Shown one piece after another: positions 16,851-27,054 of a DNA stretch of 49,063 bases; position 1 is the first letter of the stretch, and every line of letters begins with the position of its first letter. The notes under the pieces are model-generated. The model ran no database searches. It was not told the origin of the DNA and saw only the letters and a list, made by a program, of their open reading frames with translations. Both the position numbers and the translations under genes were made by a program. Source of the DNA: Candidatus Magasanikiibacteriota bacterium (lineage in GTDB: Bacteria > Patescibacteriota > Patescibacteriia > Magasanikbacterales > UBA922); assembly GCA_023246555.1 (NCBI GenBank), contig JAHFIC010000002.1, positions 1 to 49,063 on the forward strand. Direction: 5' to 3'.

Positions 16851-16882
16851 AAGCCGAAAGCTGATTGCCGAAGGCCGAGAGC
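16848..16882. repeat. heptamer array, 5 units, inverted relative to 16427-16461
   Basis: The reverse complement reads GCTCTCG GCCTTCG GCAATCA GCTTTCG GCTTGTG. Confidence 0.85.
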
Positions 16883-16895
16883 GTCAAAAAAATCC

Positions 16896-17441
16896 TCAGA
16901 TTTTTTTGACCTGAAGCGCATCCAATTCCACTGGTGTCTCGCGGCCGAACATGGATACGAGCACTTTAACTTTGCCGCGGGTTTCGTCGACCGCGCTTAC
17001 TTTCCCTTCAAAGTTTTTGAACGGCCCATCGATAATGCGCACGGCCTCGTCGATAGCGATATCAATAGTATGCACTGGTTCGTCCACTCCCATGCGCTTC
17101 TGCAGATCTTCCACTTCTTTTTGGTCTACCGGGGTAGGGGTCGTACCAGAACCCACGAATCCTGTCACATTCGGCGTGTTTCGAACAACATACCATGAAT
17201 CATCGGTCACAATCATTTCTACGAGCACATAGCCGGGAAAGATCTTTTCTTCCACGGTGACGCGTTTTCCGGACTTGATTTTGATTTTCTTTTCTTTGGG
17301 CACCAGAACCTGAAAAATTTTATCGCCCATATCAAACGATTCGACACGTTGTTCGAGGTTGCGTTTGACGTTTTCTTCGTAGCCGCTATAGGTATGGAGC
17401 ACGTACCAGCGCCGGCCGAGATTCAAGGTTTGTTTGGCCAT
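16896..17441 (-). CDS. nusG: transcription termination/antitermination factor NusG
   Basis: RWYVLHTYSGYEENVKRNL N-terminus and a KOW domain; 181 aa. Confidence 0.95.
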   Translation of the reverse strand: MAKQTLNLGRRWYVLHTYSGYEENVKRNLEQRVESFDMGDKIFQVLVPKEKKIKIKSGKRVTVEEKIFPGYVLVEMIVTDDSWYVVRNTPNVTGFVGSGTTPTPVDQKEVEDLQKRMGVDEPVHTIDIAIDEAVRIIDGPFKNFEGKVSAVDETRGKVKVLVSMFGRETPVELDALQVKKI

Positions 17442-17444
17442 AGG

Positions 17445-17630
17445 TTATTTGATCAGTGTTTCTAACCCGATGCTGAGAACGTGATCAAGAATTCCGAAAA
17501 AAATTGCCACGCCGACCGAGAGGATGATAACCAGAACAGTATAGTTGATGGTCTGCTCTTTTGTCGGCCAGATGACTTTTTTCATTTCGGCAATGGCCTC
17601 TATTAGGTAGGTATGGATTTTTCCAATCAT
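17445..17630 (-). CDS. secE: preprotein translocase subunit SecE
   Basis: 61-aa single-TM protein immediately upstream of nusG, with an EMKKVIWPTKEQ motif. Confidence 0.85.
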   Translation of the reverse strand: MIGKIHTYLIEAIAEMKKVIWPTKEQTINYTVLVIILSVGVAIFFGILDHVLSIGLETLIK

Positions 17631-17645
17631 AGGATTTTTTGTATC

Positions 17646-17665
17646 TAAAAACGGCCTGTGGCCGG
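17646..17665 (-). terminator. short GC hairpin plus U5 in the secE-nusG 5' leader
   Basis: Minus RNA reads CGGCC-ACA-GGCCG-UUUUU. It lies between the candidate promoter (17675-17703) and the secE AUG. Confidence 0.45.
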
Positions 17666-17674
17666 TATGGATTT

Positions 17675-17703
17675 ACTCTACCTGGTTGTGCTGTTTCTGT
17701 CAA
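17675..17703 (-). promoter_or_regulatory. candidate secE-nusG promoter
   Basis: Minus strand reads TTGACA (17703-17698), a 17-nt spacer, then TAGAGT (17680-17675). Its -35 box is back-to-back with the plus-strand TTGACA at 17705-17710. Confidence 0.5.
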
Positions 17704-17704
17704 C

Positions 17705-17733
17705 TTGACAGGAGTGGATAAGTGTGATAGGAT
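17705..17733 (+). promoter_or_regulatory. candidate promoter of the high-GC lipoprotein gene
   Basis: TTGACA, a 17-nt spacer, then TAGGAT. The ATG at 17741 is 7 nt after the -10 box, so the mRNA may be leaderless. Confidence 0.4.
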
Positions 17734-17740
17734 GTTTCTC

Positions 17741-18115
17741 ATGCGCATCAACCAGATGCTGCTCACTGCGTTCCTGGTCGCCTGTGCGACCCTCGTGGCC
17801 TCGTGTCACGAGATCTCGTCCGAGTCCGACTCCCTGCCCGCGGGTGTGCGGGAGCCGATCGTCGTGGTGGTGCCCCTGGTGGTGCCCCTGCCGGTCGGGC
17901 AGTCCGTCGCCAGCATGGTGTATCAGGTTCCGGGTGCGCACGTGGGGGCCACCCTCGACTGCAGCGGCATCCCGCACGACCGGCGCCTCACGCGCCAGCT
18001 GCAGCCCGGCCAGCACGTGGCCTTCTGCGATCGGAATTGGCAGCCCATTCAGGTGGCAGTGCCCGTCGCGGAGGCCGTCTTCTACGACGATCCCGCCGAC
18101 GCCGGTTGCAAGTAG
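17741..18115 (+). CDS. small lipoprotein on a high-GC islet
   Basis: MRINQMLLTAFLVACATLVASC gives a signal peptide plus lipobox-like VASC. Third codon positions are almost all G/C, unlike neighbouring genes. A plus-strand terminator follows. Other frames in this region look like GC shadow ORFs. Confidence 0.5.
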   Translation: MRINQMLLTAFLVACATLVASCHEISSESDSLPAGVREPIVVVVPLVVPLPVGQSVASMVYQVPGAHVGATLDCSGIPHDRRLTRQLQPGQHVAFCDRNWQPIQVAVPVAEAVFYDDPADAGCK

Positions 18116-18200
18116 CGCCGGGGCTCCCCGACAGTCTCGGCTCCTAAACGGAGCCCCAACCCGCGTCGGTACGCGGCGACCAAGCATTGTTCTTTCTCCT

Positions 18201-18226
18201 GGGCCTACACCGATAGGCCCTTTTTT
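18201..18226 (+). terminator. intrinsic terminator after the lipoprotein gene
   Basis: GGGCCTA-CACCGA-TAGGCCC followed by T6. Confidence 0.6.
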
Positions 18227-18230
18227 AATT

Positions 18231-20372
<2,142 letters not shown>

Positions 20373-20411
20373 CTATTGTCAAAACAAGTGCTTTTTTGAG
20401 GCAAAAATTTT

Positions 20412-20420
20412 TGGTATACT
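20412..20420 (+). promoter_or_regulatory. extended -10 promoter (TGGTATACT), 9 nt upstream of the ATG at 20430
   Basis: TGGTATACT is followed by GTATACACT and then ATG. No SD sequence is present. Confidence 0.5.
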
Positions 20421-20429
20421 GTATACACT

Positions 20430-21320
20430 ATGGCACATGAGAAGAATGACAACGCACGTGGGAAACAGGCGTACGCGAAATATGTGAGTCCGACTGGGGA
20501 ACTCGAAGCCCGAGAATTACGGTTTGGCGAGTGGTATGTCCGCCATAAAATTCAATTGCAACATATTGGAAAATGGGCACTCATCACGTGGTGCGCTCTC
20601 ACGCTCGGGTTCAGTCTTTGGCAGTGGGGTGAGTATGCGTTTGTTGGGTACCGGAACGAACGGACCTTCTTGGAACAATCACGCGCGGGGTTTAAAAATT
20701 ATGACGATGTACACGCTCTGTATGGCGCGAGCGATATCACGGTTTCTCGCGTTCAAATTTTTCGTTCGGGGGCAGGGAAATATGATTTTTCTGCGTTTGT
20801 TGCGAATCCGAATGCTCAGTATGCCGTCATATTGCGATACCAATTTGCTTATGCTGGTGGTGCGACGGTGATTGCCGAGACGACGCTCCTGCCAAACGAG
20901 CGGCGGCCGGTAGTGGTGTTTGGTCATGAAGCAGCGCAATTTCCTTCAAGCGCACGATTTGTCGTTGAAGAAAAGCGTTTTCGTCGTGTGGATCCGCATG
21001 ATATTCCGAATGTCGCCGGATTTATAGAAGAACGGCTGGCGTTCAATGTTTCAAATATTACTATCTCTTCTGGCCATGTGTCCTTTGACGTCTTGAATAA
21101 TTCAGCGTACAGTTACTGGCAAGCTGTTTTTTACGTTCAGCTTGTCTCCGGTGACACCATTGTCGGCCTCTTATATCTCCCGCTCGACCAATTTCGTTCA
21201 GGGGAAAAGCGATCTCGCGATATCCGTCTTTTTTCTGATGGAGAGAACATACGCACGATCCAGCTTTCCCCGATTATTAATGTTTTCGACCAATCCGTAT
21301 TTATGTCACCGGGGGCATGA
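20430..21320 (+). CDS. hypothetical single-pass membrane protein
   Basis: 296-aa ORF with one TM (WALITWCALTLGFSLW). Its stop forms an ATGA overlap with the downstream RodA/FtsW gene. Confidence 0.7.
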   Translation: MAHEKNDNARGKQAYAKYVSPTGELEARELRFGEWYVRHKIQLQHIGKWALITWCALTLGFSLWQWGEYAFVGYRNERTFLEQSRAGFKNYDDVHALYGASDITVSRVQIFRSGAGKYDFSAFVANPNAQYAVILRYQFAYAGGATVIAETTLLPNERRPVVVFGHEAAQFPSSARFVVEEKRFRRVDPHDIPNVAGFIEERLAFNVSNITISSGHVSFDVLNNSAYSYWQAVFYVQLVSGDTIVGLLYLPLDQFRSGEKRSRDIRLFSDGENIRTIQLSPIINVFDQSVFMSPGA

Positions 21321-22441
21321 GACGCCCGCCCATGCGGATTTTTACCACGACAATTAATGTTTTCCGTTTTCATGATTGGTTTCTTTCTGCGGTTGCCTTT
21401 CTGCTTGTTGCTGTTGGATTTGCGGCAATTTATAGCGTTGATTTGTCACGTGGCTCGTCTGACAAGCTGGTGTATTTTCCTCGGCAATTTATTGCCTTCC
21501 TGCTGGGTATGGTTTTTTTATTTATCGGCGGAAGCGTGCATCGCTCATTGTACCAGGCGCTTGTCCGCCCGCTTTCTTTTGTCGCGGGCATTCTCCTTGT
21601 CGCTGTCCTTTTTTTCGGAGAGACGATTCGTGGTACGACTGGTTGGTTCGTTTTGGGTTCATTGGGATCGTTTCAACCGGCTGAGTTTGCAAAAGTTGCA
21701 CTCATTCTATCTTTCGGGGCATTGCTGCTTCGCATAGGGCGAAGATTTGATTCGTTTCAATTTCTTTTTGCGAGCGGCATCTTGAGCCTTTTCTTTGCGG
21801 GACTGATTTTACTTCAACCTGACCTTGGTTCTGCCGCGATCATGATGGGCCTCTGGATTGGCATGCTTCTCGCCGCCACAAAACAAAAGCGTTATGTGCT
21901 GTTGGCGGTAGCTGGACTTGCTGTGGCCATGCTGGTCGGGTGGTTTTTTCTGTTTCAACCGTATCAGCGGGAACGGTTTTTAACATTTCTTCAGCCGGAA
22001 CGCGATCCACTGGGCGCTGGGTACAATGTCACGCAATCCATCATTGCGGTCGGTGCAGGACGGATTTTTGGCAGGGGATTGGGATTCGGTTCTCAAAGCC
22101 AGCTGCGATTTTTGCCAGAAGCGCAGACAGATTTTATTTTTTCTGTTATTGCTGAAGAACTCGGATTTATGGGGGCCTTCTTTGTCTTGGTGCTGTACGC
22201 GCTCCTATTGTATCGGCTGTTGACGCTTGCGCGCCGGTGCCAAGATGATTTTAGCGCCTATACGGTGGTTGGCGTTGCCTGGTTGTTTTTTATCCACATT
22301 ATTCTGAATATCGGCGCCACCATAGGCCTCCTTCCCATCACTGGAGTGACACTGCCATTTTTAAGCTACGGCGGGTCCTCACTCCTTATCAATTTTTTTC
22401 TCCTTGGTATTGTGCAGAGTGTTTCCCGATCCAACTCTTGA
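21317..22441 (+). CDS. SEDS-family peptidoglycan polymerase (FtsW/RodA)
   Basis: Protein with about 10 TM segments carrying PDLGSA, TDFIFSVIAEELGF and LPFLSYGGSS motifs. Confidence 0.9.
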   Translation: MRRPPMRIFTTTINVFRFHDWFLSAVAFLLVAVGFAAIYSVDLSRGSSDKLVYFPRQFIAFLLGMVFLFIGGSVHRSLYQALVRPLSFVAGILLVAVLFFGETIRGTTGWFVLGSLGSFQPAEFAKVALILSFGALLLRIGRRFDSFQFLFASGILSLFFAGLILLQPDLGSAAIMMGLWIGMLLAATKQKRYVLLAVAGLAVAMLVGWFFLFQPYQRERFLTFLQPERDPLGAGYNVTQSIIAVGAGRIFGRGLGFGSQSQLRFLPEAQTDFIFSVIAEELGFMGAFFVLVLYALLLYRLLTLARRCQDDFSAYTVVGVAWLFFIHIILNIGATIGLLPITGVTLPFLSYGGSSLLINFFLLGIVQSVSRSNS

Positions 22442-22494
22442 CGAATGCTCTGGCGTCTGATATCATACGTGCGCTTATATACTTCAGTAGTGAT

Positions 22495-23193
22495 ATGACG
22501 TATACCATAGAGGCAATGCAAAGGGAATCCGGCACCGCGGATATGTTGCGATCAAGCGGTAGAGTTCCGGGCGTTTTGTATGGGCCGGAAATTCAACCGA
22601 TCTCCTTAAGTGTTCCTGCGCACGCGTTTGGGGTCTTATTGGAAAAGGCCAAAGGAGCAAGCCTCGTGGATATTGTTTTTGCAGATGCAAAAGCTCCGGT
22701 GACGGCCGTTATCCAAGATGTACAGTACGATCCGATTTCTGGGCGAATAACACATGTAGATTTTCGACAGATTAACTTGAAGAAAGAAATGAAAGTCCCG
22801 GTGACATTCCGGTTTGTGAACGAATCGATAGCGGTGAAAGGGCTTGGGGGCACGCTCATTAAGGCGCTCTCTGAGGTGGAAATTAAATGTTTGCCTCAAG
22901 ATTTGATCGGGTTCATCGATGTCGATCTCTCTCTTCTCAAAACATTTGACGACGTCATTCGTGTTCGTGATCTTTCAGTGGGTGTGGGGGTTGTGATTTT
23001 GGGCGATGCGGAGACAGTTGTCGCGAAGGTAACACCGCCATTGACAGAAGATCAATTAAAAGCCATGGAAGAAGGCACAGGTCCGAAGAGTCTTGAAGAT
23101 ATCGAGGTAGAAGAGAAAGGCAAGAAAGAAGAAGCGGGTGAGGAAGGCGCTGAACAGGAACCGGTTCCATCTGGAGAAGAACCAAAAAAGTAA
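22495..23193 (+). CDS. rplY: 50S ribosomal protein L25/Ctc with an acidic C-terminal tail
   Basis: LRSSGRVPGVLYG motif. The ATG at 22495 lies 11 nt after TATACT (22478-22483). The track ORF begins at a TTG at 22438. Confidence 0.85.
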   Translation: MTYTIEAMQRESGTADMLRSSGRVPGVLYGPEIQPISLSVPAHAFGVLLEKAKGASLVDIVFADAKAPVTAVIQDVQYDPISGRITHVDFRQINLKKEMKVPVTFRFVNESIAVKGLGGTLIKALSEVEIKCLPQDLIGFIDVDLSLLKTFDDVIRVRDLSVGVGVVILGDAETVVAKVTPPLTEDQLKAMEEGTGPKSLEDIEVEEKGKKEEAGEEGAEQEPVPSGEEPKK

Positions 23194-23206
23194 TCTTTCA
23201 TTCATT

Positions 23207-23230
23207 ATCCGCCTGAAAAGGCGGATTTTG
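23207..23230 (+). terminator. intrinsic terminator after rplY
   Basis: ATCCGCC-TGAAAA-GGCGGAT followed by TTTT. Confidence 0.7.
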
Positions 23231-23237
23231 GTATACT
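23229..23237 (+). promoter_or_regulatory. extended -10 promoter (TGGTATACT), 11 nt upstream of the ATG at 23249
   Basis: Same nonamer as at 20412. It overlaps the terminator U-tract. Confidence 0.5.
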
Positions 23238-23248
23238 GGGTGAGCACT

Positions 23249-24373
23249 ATGGAGCGGCAATCATACAGGAAGAAAATTCAAAAAGTTTTCTCGGATCCTG
23301 TCCGACGAATATATATACTGGCAGGAGTTGTTTTTATTGTCGGGTTTTTTTTGCTTCTTTGGTTTTCTTTCCCGCTGGTGCACACGTGGCTGTTTCGCGA
23401 TATCCCTCGTGGCGCGTTGGTAATGAAAGAGGAACAACCGCATGCTCTGGTATGCGCGTATCGTCGCGCGGTTGATGGTGTATGCGTGAAGAATGAGCAG
23501 GAAACGCAAGAACGGTTTGTCGCGGTGATGATTGAAAATTCAATTGATGCGTGGCCGGTTTCAGGATTATCAAAAGCGTCGGTTGTCTATGAAGCGCCGG
23601 CAGAGGCGAATATCCCCAGATTCCTTGCGATCTACCCGTGGAGTACCGAGGTTGAACGAGCGGGGCCGGTTCGAAGCGCTCGGCCGTATTTTATTGACTG
23701 GGCAGGGGAATACGGAAATCCGCTCTATGTGCATGTTGGCGGTTCCCCTGAGGCAATGAGCGAACTCGAAAAGCGCCGTGTGTTTCATGTGAACGAAATG
23801 AGCCAGGGGTGGTATTTTTGGCGTGCCGACGAACGCCACCCGCCCCACGATACCTACACCTCATCACGGCTTTGGCGCCGTGCGCTTGAAAAATACGGTG
23901 AACGCTATGACGCCTCGGCTGTTCTGCCTTGGGTGTTTGCTGTGGCTCCAGCGTGCGATGTTTCGTGTGGAGCGACTGGCGTGACTATTCGTTTTTCGAA
24001 TCCTGGTTATAGCGTTGATTGGGTGTATAGCTCCAGCACCAATCAGTATGAGCGATTTCAGGTGGATGAAGCCACACCGCAGGTTGATGATGGCGGATCG
24101 CCAATTGTGGCCGACACGGTTATTGTGGAGCGGGTTCACGGCACAGTTATCGATGCTATTGGCCGTCTTCGCTTGGACACGGTGGGTGAGGGTGATGCGT
24201 TTGTCTTTCAAGGCGGGCAAGGAATGAATGCACGCTGGAAGAAAGGAGATGCAGCCAGCCGAACCATGTGGTTCGACGAGCAAGGAGCACCTCTGCCCAT
24301 AAATCCCGGGAAGATTTGGATAGAAGTTATTACAGAAGACGGAAAGATTACTTTTCACTCTTCTCCATCGTAG
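23249..24373 (+). CDS. DUF3048 (YerB-like) exported protein
   Basis: VAVMIENSIDAWPVSGLSKASVVYEAPAEANIPRFLAIY is characteristic of DUF3048, and there is an N-terminal TM anchor. Confidence 0.8.
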   Translation: MERQSYRKKIQKVFSDPVRRIYILAGVVFIVGFFLLLWFSFPLVHTWLFRDIPRGALVMKEEQPHALVCAYRRAVDGVCVKNEQETQERFVAVMIENSIDAWPVSGLSKASVVYEAPAEANIPRFLAIYPWSTEVERAGPVRSARPYFIDWAGEYGNPLYVHVGGSPEAMSELEKRRVFHVNEMSQGWYFWRADERHPPHDTYTSSRLWRRALEKYGERYDASAVLPWVFAVAPACDVSCGATGVTIRFSNPGYSVDWVYSSSTNQYERFQVDEATPQVDDGGSPIVADTVIVERVHGTVIDAIGRLRLDTVGEGDAFVFQGGQGMNARWKKGDAASRTMWFDEQGAPLPINPGKIWIEVITEDGKITFHSSPS

Positions 24374-25193
24374 AAATACACACAACTCGGTTTCTCCCAC
24401 CCAGATCTTTTTTTATTTCCACGTTTGCCCCTGGGAGGAAAGTGGTTACCAGGCTTTTTATTCGGTCGCTTTGAGAAGGGTCGATCTCGAAGTAGCATGT
24501 CGCTTTTACTTCGTAGCTCATAGTGAGTTGTTGGATTTGTTTCAGCAACTGTTCATAGAGCGCAAGGCCGCTCTTGTTTGCCACGAGCGCGGAGCGTGGT
24601 TCGTGTTTGATAGAGGGCTCATCGGCATATTGTTCTTTTGTCAGGTAGGGGAGGTTGGCGGTGATAATGAGGGGGGAGCCTATGGGGTTGTTTCTAGAGT
24701 ATTGGGCAAACGGTTCGAGGAGATTGCCGCGCAGGAGTATCATACGAGCTTGCTGTTGTTTGGTATTTTTTTTCGCAACCCGGAGGGCGTTTCGCGATTT
24801 GTCGATGGCAATGGCTTGGATGTTTTTATTGTTCAGCGTTTTCATGATCGCGAGGGGGATGCAACCACTTCCGGTGCCAATATCAACCAGTATGATTTTT
24901 TTGTCTTTTCCTTCTTGCCTGATTCTTGCAACAACCTGTTCGACCAGTAATTCCGTTTCCGGTCGTGGAATAAGCACGTGTCGGTTTACAAAAAAATCGA
25001 TACCGAAAAATTCTTTTTTCCGGGTAAGGTAAGCAATGGGAACCCCGCGTTTTCTTTGGTGCAAGCTATGCCAAAAACGCAATCGCTCTCGCCAGCGCAA
25101 TGAGTCCTCAGGATGGGCAATGACAAATTCCCGCGGTTTTTTTAGGATAGATGCCAAAAGAATCTCCTGTTCGTTTCGTGGGACGGTTGTCAT
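24348..25193 (-). CDS. prmC: release-factor glutamine N5-methyltransferase
   Basis: SAM-binding motif VDIGTGSG and an N-L-P-Y variant of NPPY. Lies directly downstream of prfA. Confidence 0.88.
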   Translation of the reverse strand: MTTVPRNEQEILLASILKKPREFVIAHPEDSLRWRERLRFWHSLHQRKRGVPIAYLTRKKEFFGIDFFVNRHVLIPRPETELLVEQVVARIRQEGKDKKIILVDIGTGSGCIPLAIMKTLNNKNIQAIAIDKSRNALRVAKKNTKQQQARMILLRGNLLEPFAQYSRNNPIGSPLIITANLPYLTKEQYADEPSIKHEPRSALVANKSGLALYEQLLKQIQQLTMSYEVKATCYFEIDPSQSDRIKSLVTTFLPGANVEIKKDLGGRNRVVCISTMEKSEK

Positions 25194-25196
25194 ATG

Positions 25197-26258
25197 TCAC
25201 GCGTCAGCGTATGCTTCTGCCGCTGTTCGAAGAGCGTCGATGATTGGTTCAATGTTGCCATCCATGATCGTGGGAATTTGATTCCAGTCTTTGTGGATGC
25301 GGTGGTCGGTGACGCGATCTTGCGGAAAATTATAGGTGCGAATTTTTTCGCTTCGGTCGCCCGTGCCGATCTGGCTGCGCCGTTTTGCATCCATGTGCGC
25401 ACGGCGCTTTTCTTGTTCTGCTTCAAAAAGACGTGCACGAAGCACGGCCAGCGCCTTCGCGCGGTTTTGCGTCTGTGATCGTTCGTCTTGGCATTGCACG
25501 ACTGTCCCCGATGGCATGTGCGTAATGCGTACGGCGCTATAGGTGGTATTCACGCTCTGCCCCCCTTTGCCGCCGGACATAAACGTATCAATCCGGAGAT
25601 CCTTAGGGTCAATCGTGAGTTCAGCCTCCTCTATTTCCGGGAGGACCGCGACACTTGCAGTGGACGTATGAACGCGTCCGGCTTTTTCTGTTTCCGGCAC
25701 GCGCTGGACTCGGTGTACGCCCATTTCGTATTTCATGTCTGCGTACACCCGTCGGCCAGAGATTGAAAAAACAACTTCTTTGTAGCCGCCGATATCGGTT
25801 TGATGTTGGGAGAGGAGTGATGTTTTCCATCCTCTTTTTTCCGCGTATTTGAGGTACATGCGGAGAAGTTCTCCCGCGAACAACGCGGATTCGTCACCGC
25901 CAGCGCCAGCGCGGATTTCTACGATGATATTTTTTTCGTCGAGCGGGTCTTTCGGTCGCGTCAATTCTTCAAGGGCCTGCTCAAGCGTGCGCTGCTTTGG
26001 TTCAAGGTTGCGTATTTCTTCTTCTGCCAGCTGTTGCATATCAGTATCCGTTCCGTTGACCTGAAGAATGGATCGTGCTTCAGCAATCTGCGCTTCAATT
26101 TTTTCTAAAGCCACCAGGTGTTCGTATATCGGCTTGAGGTCGCTATAGGCGAGCGATAGCTCCTTTAGTTTTTTACTTTCTCGAAGCACGGCAGGATCTT
26201 CCAGTTGGGCTTCGAGGGCACGATAATCATTTTTTATCTGCTCAAATTTTTCTTTCAT
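25197..26258 (-). CDS. prfA: peptide chain release factor 1
   Basis: GGQ motif ([11 protein letters not shown]) and the RF1-type P-E-T tripeptide ([14 protein letters not shown]). Confidence 0.95.
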   Translation of the reverse strand: MKEKFEQIKNDYRALEAQLEDPAVLRESKKLKELSLAYSDLKPIYEHLVALEKIEAQIAEARSILQVNGTDTDMQQLAEEEIRNLEPKQRTLEQALEELTRPKDPLDEKNIIVEIRAGAGGDESALFAGELLRMYLKYAEKRGWKTSLLSQHQTDIGGYKEVVFSISGRRVYADMKYEMGVHRVQRVPETEKAGRVHTSTASVAVLPEIEEAELTIDPKDLRIDTFMSGGKGGQSVNTTYSAVRITHMPSGTVVQCQDERSQTQNRAKALAVLRARLFEAEQEKRRAHMDAKRRSQIGTGDRSEKIRTYNFPQDRVTDHRIHKDWNQIPTIMDGNIEPIIDALRTAAEAYADA

Positions 26259-26293
26259 ACAACCGTATCCTATATCTTTTATCTCATGAAATC

Positions 26294-26319
26294 AAAAAAC
26301 AGACATGGGAGTGTGCCTG
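26294..26319 (-). terminator. intrinsic terminator after rpmE
   Basis: Minus RNA reads CAGGCA-CACUCCCA-UGUCUG followed by U6. Confidence 0.55.
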
Positions 26320-26334
26320 CTTTTTGTGACTTCT

Positions 26335-26688
26335 CTATGCCTCTGCTGGCTTTTCTGGAGTTTTTTTTGCGTCGGTTTTTGCTCGGCGAGTCGCTTGGAT
26401 TTTTGCGCGTTTTATTTTTTTCCCTTTTCTCGCGGCGGAAACAGCCGTGCGTTTTGCGGCGCGTTCTGCAAACTTTTCAGCGCGGCGCGCAGTATCGAGA
26501 AGAGTTTGCTTCCCGGTGTAAAATGGGTGCGAAGCGGATGAAATTTCAATGGGCAAGACCGCATAGGTCGTCCCGGCTACATCGCGCGTTTTTTCGGACG
26601 TCAGAGTTGAAGTGGCAAAAAATTCCTTCCCGCACGAGGTATCAATGAATATGACTGGATGTACTTCTGGATGAATATCTTTTTTCAT
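26335..26688 (-). CDS. rpmE: 50S ribosomal protein L31 with a ~40-aa Lys/Ala-rich C-terminal extension
   Basis: MKKDIHPE...SHPFYTG core motifs. Confidence 0.9.
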   Translation of the reverse strand: MKKDIHPEVHPVIFIDTSCGKEFFATSTLTSEKTRDVAGTTYAVLPIEISSASHPFYTGKQTLLDTARRAEKFAERAAKRTAVSAARKGKKIKRAKIQATRRAKTDAKKTPEKPAEA

Positions 26689-26769
26689 AGCAAAATTTTA
26701 GATGGTACCATGGAAATAACGTAGAAATAGTGTAGCAAAGTAGGGGGGTCTTGTCAAGGGAGGATCGTT

Positions 26770-27033
26770 ATGCTATACTATTACTACCTTATTTTCTTCA
26801 TCATGTTTATGAGCATTCAGGGAATTCTCTTGATAATTCATTCTTTGTTGGCTGTTCTCCTTATTGCCGTTGTCCTCCTTCAGCAAAAGGGAGGAGGTCT
26901 TGGGGCTGCATTTGGCGGATCGAGCAATATATACAGCACCAAGCGAGGCATTGACAAAGTCCTCTATCACGCCACCATCGTCATTTCTATTGTATTTTTC
27001 GGCACCGCTCTCCTCGGTGTCCTGCTCTCTTAA
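26770..27033 (+). CDS. secG: preprotein translocase subunit SecG
   Basis: LLQQKGGGLGAAFGG motif, two TM segments, and a GGGAGGA SD sequence 6 nt upstream. Confidence 0.8.
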   Translation: MLYYYYLIFFIMFMSIQGILLIIHSLLAVLLIAVVLLQQKGGGLGAAFGGSSNIYSTKRGIDKVLYHATIVISIVFFGTALLGVLLS

Positions 27034-27054
27034 ATTATTTGAGTTGTCGTTTTT

